Shown: positions 53,880 to 61,420 of the stretch, in pieces
Layout of the letters: each line of letters begins with the position of its first letter
Position numbering within the stretch: the first letter of the stretch is position 1
Assembly: GCA_039028615.1 (NCBI GenBank)
Contig: JBCCHT010000028.1
Span: 64,001-128,000 of the forward strand
Direction: 5' to 3'
Length of the DNA: 64,000 nucleotides
Source of the DNA: Myxococcota bacterium
Lineage (GTDB): Bacteria; Myxococcota_A; Polyangia; Nannocystales; Nannocystaceae
Program-made: the position numbers and the translations under genes
Notes under the pieces: generated by a model
Seen by the model: only the letters and a program-made list of their open reading frames with translations
What the model was told of the DNA's origin: nothing
Databases searched by the model: none

Positions 53880-54446
53880 ATGCCGCTGACCCCTCGCGTC
53901 GTCGCGCTCGCCGTCTCGTCCTGGCTCGGCCTCGTCGGCTGCGGCATCGATCCGCTGACCGAGAACGAGCTGGGCGACGCTCCGCGCTGCGGCGAGGTGG
54001 ACACGTGGCTGACCGCCTCGGCCAACGCCGAGGACGAGCTGATTGACGCGATCGACGCGCTCCGCCAGGCGGGAGCGGAGTGCGAGGGGGGTACGCTGCC
54101 CGGGGTCGGCCCGCTCGAAACCGATCCTACCCTCCACTGTGCCGCCCGCCTGCATGCGGGCGATCTGATCCGCAACGACACTCTGGAGGTCGGTCACGAG
54201 GGCAGCGACGGCAGCTCGGCGCTGTCCCGAGCGAACGCGGCCGGATACGACGGAATCGCCCGTCAAGAGCTGCTAGCGGGCGATTTCGTGGAGGTCGATG
54301 CCCTGGTTGATGCGTGGATCGCAAGTGACCGGCACTGTCAGGCCCTACTGGATGACACCCTGGACCACATTGGGGTGGCCCAAGCACAGACGAGAAAGGG
54401 CGATCGAATCGTTTGGGTTGTGGTCACGGGGCAAGAGCGCCGGTAG
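53880..54446 (+). CDS. CAP domain lipoprotein
   Basis: LVGC lipobox; CAARLHAGDL, GHEGSDG, WIASDRHCQAL, HIGVA, WVVVTG. Confidence 0.8.
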   Translation: MPLTPRVVALAVSSWLGLVGCGIDPLTENELGDAPRCGEVDTWLTASANAEDELIDAIDALRQAGAECEGGTLPGVGPLETDPTLHCAARLHAGDLIRNDTLEVGHEGSDGSSALSRANAAGYDGIARQELLAGDFVEVDALVDAWIASDRHCQALLDDTLDHIGVAQAQTRKGDRIVWVVVTGQERR

Positions 54447-54467
54447 TAGAGTCGCGTCCGGCTCACC

Positions 54468-57400
54468 ATGACGGACGGCGAATTTACGCATCCCGACTCT
54501 GCCCTTCATCAGCTCGCGCGCGAGCATGGCATCGAGCGCAGCTACCACGACATCTCCGGCCAACTGCAGGAGGCGTCGCCGCAGGCTCTGCGCGCGGTGC
54601 TCGACGCGTTGGGCGTGCCGGTCGCCGATGACGCTCAGGTCCAAGAGCAATTGCGCCTGGCCCGGCGCCAGCGGTGGAGTCGCCCGCTCGAGCCGGTCAT
54701 CGTCGCGTGGGAAGGCGAGGGCTCGTTCAGCCTGCACCTGCCCGCGAGCGTGGACGGCGGTCGCTACTCGCTGACGCTGCACCCCGAAGACGGCGAGGCG
54801 CCCCGGACGACGCGCGGCCGCATCGAGGAGCACGACGTGGCCACCAGCGACGAGGTCGACGGCCGTCGCTACACCGCACGGCAGCTGCGGCTGCCCGGGC
54901 CGCTCCCGCACGGCTACCACCGCCTCGTGCTCGAGATCGAAGGCAAGTCCGCGGTGCAGGGTGAAGCCCTCGTGCTCTCGGCCCCTCGCCGCGCCTATGC
55001 GCCCGAGGATCAGGGCCGATCGTGGGGTGTGTTCTTGCCTCTTTACGCGCTGCACGGCGAGCGCAGCCCGGGCGCGGGCGACCTGGGTGATCTCGGCGAC
55101 CTGATGCGCTGGGTGGGGCAGCAAGGCGGCAGTGTCGTCGGCACCCTGCCCTTGCTGGCGGCGTTCCTCGACGACCCCTTCGAGGCCAGCCCCTACGCTC
55201 CCGCCTCCCGCCTGGCGTGGAACGAGCTTTATATGCACCTCGAGTCCGTGCCGGAGTACGCGGCCAGCTCGAAGGCGTGCGATGCCTACGAGGGCAAGGC
55301 GGCATCGGCCGAGCGCGCCCGCCTGCGCGCGGCGTCTCAGGTGCAGTACCGCGAGCAGATGGCGCTCAAGCGCGCCGCGATCGAGGCGATGGCCTCCACC
55401 TGCTTCGCCAAGGGCTCCGCGCGTGCGCAACAGGCCGAGGCCTTCGCCAAGGCGCGCCCGGAGATCGAGGACTACGCCCGCTTCCGCGCCGTGACCGATG
55501 CTCAGCGCCTGGTCTGGCCGCAGTGGCCCGAGCGTCTACGCGACGGAGAGATCAAAGACGGCGATTTCGATCCGCACGCGTATCGCTACCACCTGTACGC
55601 GCAGTGGATCATGCACGAGCAGCTGCAGGGTCTCGCCGCCGACAAGCCCGACGGCAGCCTGGGCCTTTACTTGGACCTGCCGGTCGGGGTCAACGGGTGC
55701 AGCTACGACACCTGGCGGCATCGCGACCTGTATGTGCGGGACCTGTCCACGGGAGCCCCGCCCGACACCCTGTTCGGCGGCGGCCAGAACTGGGCGTTCC
55801 CGCCCCTGCACCCCGAGCGCCTGCGCGAGCAGGGCTACGCCCACCTCATCGAGGTGCTCCGCAACCACCTGCGCTACGCGGGGGTCCTTCGCATCGACCA
55901 CGTCATGGGACTGCACCGCCTGTACGTGATCCCGCAGGGGGTCTCGAACAAGGAGGGCATCTACATGCGCTACCGGCCGGAGGAGCTGTACGCGATCATC
56001 ACGATCGAGTCGCATCGCGCCCGGTGCCTGGTGGTGGGTGAAGACCTCGGCACCGTGCCCGACGCCGTGCGCGAGAGCATGAGTCGGCACCAGATCCACA
56101 ACATCCACGTGGTGCAGTACTTGGCGCAGCCCGATGGCGAGCGGGCCCTGCCCGAGGCGCCCGCGGGCTCGATCGCGGGGATCAACACCCACGACATGCC
56201 GCCCTTCGCCGCCTACTGGAACGGCGACGACATCGACGATCGGGTGGACCTGGGGTGGACCGAGCCCGAGGCCGCCCGCGGCGAGCACTACGAGCGGGCG
56301 CGGCTGCGGGCGAGCCTGCGCGGCTTCTTGGCCAAGGCTCATCCGCTGGCCCCCGACGCGGGCCCCAAGGAGGTCCTGCACGCCTGTCTCGATCACCTGG
56401 GACGCAGCGACGCGCGCGTGGTGCTGGCCTCGCTCGAGGATCTTTGGGGCGAGGTCAACCCGCAGAACGTACCCGGGACCTACCTCGAGCGCCCCAACTG
56501 GCGTCGACGCGCCAAGCTGGGCCTGACCGAGCTGTCCGCCGACCCCGACGTCGCGCGCTCGCTCGCCGTGCTCGATCAGGCGCGCAAGGGCACGGCCGCG
56601 GGCATCGGCTCCGTGCGGCACGACGTGGGCATGCTCGACGAGCAGGATTTCTACCTGTTCAACGAAGGCACCCACGAGCGCATCTACGACAAGCTCGGTG
56701 CGCACCCCATGGAGGTCGATGGCCAGGCCGGAACCGGCTTCGCCGTGTGGGCCCCCGCCGCGCACTATGTCGCCGTCGTCGGTGACTTCAACGGCTGGGA
56801 TCGCGGCGCGCACCCGCTGCAGGTGCGGCACGACTCGGGCGTCTGGGAGGGCTTCATCCCCGGCGTGGGCCCGGGCGCGCTGTACAAGCTGCACATCGCG
56901 GGGCCCGACGGATGGTCGGAAGACAAGGCCGATCCCTTCGCCTTCCATGCCGAGGTCGCCCCGCGCACCGCCTCGATCGTCACCCGCAGCGAGTACACGT
57001 GGCAGGACCAGGAGTGGATGGCCTCGCGCGGGGCCAAGCAGGAGCTGAACGCACCCATCTCGATCTACGAGGTGCACCTCGGCTCCTGGCGGCGCGTCCC
57101 CGAGGAGGGCAACCGCTTCTTGGGCTACCGCGAGATGGCGCCCCACCTCGCCGAGTACTGCCACGAGCACGGCTTCACCCACGTGGAGCTGCTGCCGCTG
57201 ATGGAGCACCCCTTCTACGGCTCGTGGGGCTATCAGGTCACCGGGTTCTTCGCGCCGACCAGCCGCTACGGTCGCCCCGACGACCTGCGCTACCTCATCG
57301 ATCACCTGCACCAGGCGGGCATCGGGGTGATCCTCGACTGGGTCCCCAGCCACTTCCCCTCCGACGCCCATGGCCTGGCCTTCTTCGACGGCACCCACCT

Positions 57401-58517
57401 GTTCGAGCACGCCGACCCCCGCCAGGGCTTCCACCCCGACTGGAACAGCGCGATCTTCAACTACGGACGCCACGAGGTCCGCTCGTTCTTGATCAGCAGC
57501 GCGATCTATTGGCTCGACCAATTCCACATCGATGGCCTGCGGGTCGACGGCGTGGCGAGCATGCTCTACCTCGACTACTCGCGCGCCGAGGGCGAGTGGG
57601 TGCCCAACGAGCACGGCGGGCGCGAGAACCTGGCCGCCATCGGATTCCTGCGTCGGCTCAACGAGGCGGTGTACCAGACCTTCCCCGACGTCCAGACCAT
57701 CGCCGAGGAGAGCACCGCCTGGCCCATGGTCTCGCGTCCGACCTCGTCGGGCGGCCTGGGCTTCGGGCTCAAGTGGGACATGGGCTGGATGAACGACACG
57801 CTCGGCTACATGGAACGAGAGCCGGTCCATCGCCGCTGGCACCAGAACGAGCTCACCTTCCGCATCATCTACGCGTTCACGGAGAACTACGTGCTGTCGC
57901 TGTCGCACGACGAGGTGGTGCACCTCAAGGGCTCGATGCTGGCCAAGATGCCCGGCGACGAGTGGCGACAGTTCGCCAACCTGCGCCTGCTCTACGGCTA
58001 TATGTGGGGCCAGCCGGGCAAGAAGCACCTGTTCATGGGCCAGGAGTTCGGCCAGGGCGCAGAGTGGAACCACGACCGCTCGCTCGACTGGCACCTGCTC
58101 CACCACTCGATGCATCAGGGCGTGTCCCGCTGGATCGCCGACCTCAACCGGGCCTACCGCGAGCTCCCCTCGCTGCACCGGCTCGACTGCGATCCGCGGG
58201 GTTTCGCCTGGGTCGACTTCCACGACGCAGAGAACAGCGTGTTCTCGTTCCTGCGCTGGGACGAGCACGGCGACTGCACGCTGGTGGTTCTGAACTTCAC
58301 GCCCGAAGTCCGTCACGACTATCGCGTGGGCGTGCCCCGGGACGGAGCGTGGCACGAGCGGCTCAATAGCGACGCCGCGGAGTACGGCGGCAGCGGGGTC
58401 GGCAACGAAGGCCAGGTCCATGCCGACCACCACGGCGTCCACGACCAGCCCTACTCCGTGTGCCTGCGGTTGCCTCCGCTGGGCGTCTTGTTCCTCCATC
58501 AACCCGCGCCGAGGTGA
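54468..58517 (+). CDS. Fusion of 4-alpha-glucanotransferase (GH77, MalQ) and 1,4-alpha-glucan branching enzyme (GH13, GlgB)
   Basis: N-terminal part: SPYAPASR, YLDLPVG, GAPPD..GQNW, LRIDHVMG, GEDLG, NTHD, NVPGT..NWR. C-terminal part: LGAHP, FAVWAP, IYEVHLGSW, SWGYQ, DWVPSHF, DGLRVDG, IAEEST, SHDEVVH. One uninterrupted 1349-aa ORF. Confidence 0.92.
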   Translation: MTDGEFTHPDSALHQLAREHGIERSYHDISGQLQEASPQALRAVLDALGVPVADDAQVQEQLRLARRQRWSRPLEPVIVAWEGEGSFSLHLPASVDGGRYSLTLHPEDGEAPRTTRGRIEEHDVATSDEVDGRRYTARQLRLPGPLPHGYHRLVLEIEGKSAVQGEALVLSAPRRAYAPEDQGRSWGVFLPLYALHGERSPGAGDLGDLGDLMRWVGQQGGSVVGTLPLLAAFLDDPFEASPYAPASRLAWNELYMHLESVPEYAASSKACDAYEGKAASAERARLRAASQVQYREQMALKRAAIEAMASTCFAKGSARAQQAEAFAKARPEIEDYARFRAVTDAQRLVWPQWPERLRDGEIKDGDFDPHAYRYHLYAQWIMHEQLQGLAADKPDGSLGLYLDLPVGVNGCSYDTWRHRDLYVRDLSTGAPPDTLFGGGQNWAFPPLHPERLREQGYAHLIEVLRNHLRYAGVLRIDHVMGLHRLYVIPQGVSNKEGIYMRYRPEELYAIITIESHRARCLVVGEDLGTVPDAVRESMSRHQIHNIHVVQYLAQPDGERALPEAPAGSIAGINTHDMPPFAAYWNGDDIDDRVDLGWTEPEAARGEHYERARLRASLRGFLAKAHPLAPDAGPKEVLHACLDHLGRSDARVVLASLEDLWGEVNPQNVPGTYLERPNWRRRAKLGLTELSADPDVARSLAVLDQARKGTAAGIGSVRHDVGMLDEQDFYLFNEGTHERIYDKLGAHPMEVDGQAGTGFAVWAPAAHYVAVVGDFNGWDRGAHPLQVRHDSGVWEGFIPGVGPGALYKLHIAGPDGWSEDKADPFAFHAEVAPRTASIVTRSEYTWQDQEWMASRGAKQELNAPISIYEVHLGSWRRVPEEGNRFLGYREMAPHLAEYCHEHGFTHVELLPLMEHPFYGSWGYQVTGFFAPTSRYGRPDDLRYLIDHLHQAGIGVILDWVPSHFPSDAHGLAFFDGTHLFEHADPRQGFHPDWNSAIFNYGRHEVRSFLISSAIYWLDQFHIDGLRVDGVASMLYLDYSRAEGEWVPNEHGGRENLAAIGFLRRLNEAVYQTFPDVQTIAEESTAWPMVSRPTSSGGLGFGLKWDMGWMNDTLGYMEREPVHRRWHQNELTFRIIYAFTENYVLSLSHDEVVHLKGSMLAKMPGDEWRQFANLRLLYGYMWGQPGKKHLFMGQEFGQGAEWNHDRSLDWHLLHHSMHQGVSRWIADLNRAYRELPSLHRLDCDPRGFAWVDFHDAENSVFSFLRWDEHGDCTLVVLNFTPEVRHDYRVGVPRDGAWHERLNSDAAEYGGSGVGNEGQVHADHHGVHDQPYSVCLRLPPLGVLFLHQPAPR

Positions 58518-58522
58518 GCGCC

Positions 58523-60946
58523 ATGGATCGCTACCTCTGCATTCACGGGCACTTTTACCAGCCGCCGCGGGAAAATCCGTGGCTCGAGACGGTCGAGCAC
58601 CAAGAGTCGGCGTACCCCTTCCACGACTGGAACGAGCGCATCACCGCCGAGTGCTACGGCCCCAACGCCAACTCGCGGATCCTCGACGAAGACGGCTACA
58701 TCGAGCGCATCGTCAGCAACTACTCGCGGATCAGCTTCAACTTCGGGCCCACCCTGCTGGCGTGGATGGAGCGGGCGCGACCCGACGTGTACCAAGCGAT
58801 CCTGCGGGCCGACGCCGACAGCCGCCGCCACTTCTCCGGGCACGGCTCGGCGCTGGCTCAGGCCTACAACCACTCCATCCTCCCGCTGTGCAACGAGCGG
58901 GACCGCCAGACCCAGGTGTACTGGGGAATCCGCGACTTCGAGCACCGCTTCGGTCGCATGCCCGAGGGGATGTGGCTGCCCGAGACCGCCGCCGACACCC
59001 CCACCCTCGAGGCGCTCTCCGAGGCGGGCCTGGCCTTCACCATCCTCGCCCCGCACCAGGCCGCTTCCGTGCGCCCGCCCGGGCACAAGGACTGGCGCGA
59101 CGTCCAGGGCGGCCAGATCGATCCGCGACGCAGCTACGTGGCCCGGCTGCCCTCGGGGCGCAGCATCACGCTGTTCTTCTACGACGGACCGGTCTCGCAG
59201 GCCGTGGCCTTCGAGCAGCTGCTGTCCAACGGCGACAAGTTCCGCACCCGGCTGATGGGAGCGTTCGACGACCATCGCAACGGGCCGCAGCTGGTGCACA
59301 TCGCCACCGACGGCGAGACCTACGGTCACCACCATCGCCACGGCGACATGGCGCTGGCCTATGCGCTGCGCACCATCGAGGCCGACCCCGACGTTCGGCT
59401 CATCAACTACGGCGAGTTCCTCGAGCGCTTCCCGCCCGACCACGAGGTTCGCATCGTCGAGCGCAGCTCGTGGAGCTGCATCCACGGCATCGAGCGCTGG
59501 CAGCGGCACTGCGGCTGCAACACGGGCGGGCGGCCCAACTGGAACCAACACTGGCGAGCGCCGCTGCGGGCCTCGCTCAACTGGCTGCGCGATCGCCTGG
59601 TGGAGCTATACGACGAGCACGCCCCGCAGGTCCTGCTCGACCCCTGGCACGCCCGCGAGGAGTACATCAGCGTCATCCTCGATCGCGGCGAGACCAACCT
59701 CGACGCGTTCCTCGAGGACTTCGCCAAGCCCGAGCTGTCCGACGAAGACCGCATCATCGCGTTCAAGCTGCTCGAGATGCAGCGCCACGCCCAGCTCATG
59801 TTCACCAGCTGCGCGTGGTTCTTCGACGAGCTGTCCGGCATCGAGACGGTGCAGGTCTTGGGCTACGCGGGCCGAGCCATCCAGCTCGCGGCCGAGATCG
59901 CCCAGGTCAACGTGGAGACCACCTTCCTCGATCGGCTGGCCGAGGCGAGCAGCAACCTGCGCGAGCAGGGCAACGGCGGCCAGATCTATGACATGCACGT
60001 GGTGCCCTCGGTCGTCGACCTCAACCGCCTCGTCGCTCACTACGCGGTCAGCTCGCTGTTCTCCGACTACTCGGAGCAGTCGCGGGTCCACGCCTATCTC
60101 GTCGATCTGGTCGACGCCCACTACAAGCGGCTCGGTCGCTCCAAGCTCGCCGTGGGCAAGGTTCGCGTCGTGTCCGAGGTGACCCGCGAGCATCGGGTGC
60201 TGAGCTTCGGCATCCTGCACCTGGGCGACCACAACCTCAGCGGAGGCGTGCGCGAGTTCCAGGGCGAAGCCGAGTACGACGCGATGTGCGAAGAGGTGCT
60301 GGGTGCCTTCTCCCGCGCCGACATGCCCGAGGCGCTGCGCCTGCTCGACAAGCACTTCCTCGAGCTGACCTACTCGCTGCGCTCGCTGTTCCGCGACGAG
60401 CAGCGCCGGGTCCTCGATCTCATCGTCGGCTCGGCCATGACCGACGCCGAAGGCCTCGCGGGTCGGCTCTACGAGGCCCACTCGCCGCTGCTGCGCTACC
60501 TGGCCACGCTGAGCTTTCCCCTGCCGCAGCCGCTCGAGCGCCTGGCCAACTTCGTGCTCAACACCACCCTGCGCCGCGAGCTCGGCCGTCGCGAGCCCGA
60601 TTTTTCCCGCATCCGCACCCTGCTCGAAGAGGCGCAGGGCGTCGGCGTCGAGCTCGACCACCTCGGTATGGGCTACGCGCTGCAGCAGGCGATGGAGAAC
60701 GCCATGGAGCAGTGGGTCGATCGGCCCGACCAGCTCGGGCGGCTCCGCCGACTGCGACGCACCGCCGAGCTGGCCCAGTCGCTGCCCTTCGAGCTCGACA
60801 TGAGCGTGGTGCAGAATTACTTCTTCCGCACGCTCGAGACCGAGCTACCGCGATTCTCCGAGCAAGCCGACCGCGGCGACCCGGTCGCGCTCGAGTGGCG
60901 CGACAACTTCCGAGCGCTGGGCGGCGCGCTCAACATGCGGGTCTGA
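58523..60946 (+). CDS. GH57-family glycoside hydrolase with DUF3536
   Basis: IHGHFYQPPREN, ECY, SFNFGPTL, YNHSILPL, GMWLPE, ATDGETYGHH, SWSC, MFTSC.WFF. Confidence 0.9.
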   Translation: MDRYLCIHGHFYQPPRENPWLETVEHQESAYPFHDWNERITAECYGPNANSRILDEDGYIERIVSNYSRISFNFGPTLLAWMERARPDVYQAILRADADSRRHFSGHGSALAQAYNHSILPLCNERDRQTQVYWGIRDFEHRFGRMPEGMWLPETAADTPTLEALSEAGLAFTILAPHQAASVRPPGHKDWRDVQGGQIDPRRSYVARLPSGRSITLFFYDGPVSQAVAFEQLLSNGDKFRTRLMGAFDDHRNGPQLVHIATDGETYGHHHRHGDMALAYALRTIEADPDVRLINYGEFLERFPPDHEVRIVERSSWSCIHGIERWQRHCGCNTGGRPNWNQHWRAPLRASLNWLRDRLVELYDEHAPQVLLDPWHAREEYISVILDRGETNLDAFLEDFAKPELSDEDRIIAFKLLEMQRHAQLMFTSCAWFFDELSGIETVQVLGYAGRAIQLAAEIAQVNVETTFLDRLAEASSNLREQGNGGQIYDMHVVPSVVDLNRLVAHYAVSSLFSDYSEQSRVHAYLVDLVDAHYKRLGRSKLAVGKVRVVSEVTREHRVLSFGILHLGDHNLSGGVREFQGEAEYDAMCEEVLGAFSRADMPEALRLLDKHFLELTYSLRSLFRDEQRRVLDLIVGSAMTDAEGLAGRLYEAHSPLLRYLATLSFPLPQPLERLANFVLNTTLRRELGRREPDFSRIRTLLEEAQGVGVELDHLGMGYALQQAMENAMEQWVDRPDQLGRLRRLRRTAELAQSLPFELDMSVVQNYFFRTLETELPRFSEQADRGDPVALEWRDNFRALGGALNMRV

Positions 60947-61018
60947 CCGCAGCCCGCCATGCGGATCCGCTGAGGACGAGCGAACACTGTGCGCCCGTGC
61001 CCATCGCGAGGCCGTGCA

Positions 61019-61378
61019 TCAAAGCGGGGGGTCGCCAGAGACGGTCACATAGCCGCCCAAGTCGTTGAAGAAGCGCTCCTCCTTGGCGGCGGCCTGCACC
61101 TCGACCGACGCCTCGGGGTTGCGCAAATGCGTGAGCGCCACGGAACCAGACTCGGCCGTCTTCGAGAATTTGATCACATCGGACACGCCCGACGGCAGCA
61201 TGAAGTAAAACCGCACGGTTTTGCCGTCCGAGTTGCAGATGAGGGGGGTATCGGCATTGGCACAGTCGAGCTGTTGGTAGTCTCCGTCGTTCGTAGAGAG
61301 TTTCCAGCCGAGCACTCCCCCTCCGGCAAAGCGTTTGTTTTTCACCAGGACGTCCACCGTCTTTATCGTCTCTGTCAT
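61019..61378 (-). CDS. Small hypothetical beta-rich protein (119 aa) downstream of the kinase
   Basis: AGGAG RBS upstream of ATG 61378; 42 nt after the kinase stop; no signal peptide; visibly more AT-rich than its neighbours. Confidence 0.7.
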   Translation of the reverse strand: MTETIKTVDVLVKNKRFAGGGVLGWKLSTNDGDYQQLDCANADTPLICNSDGKTVRFYFMLPSGVSDVIKFSKTAESGSVALTHLRNPEASVEVQAAAKEERFFNDLGGYVTVSGDPPL

Positions 61379-61420
61379 CTTCGTTCTCCTCGTCGGCACT
61401 GGGGCCGCTGTTTGTTCCTG

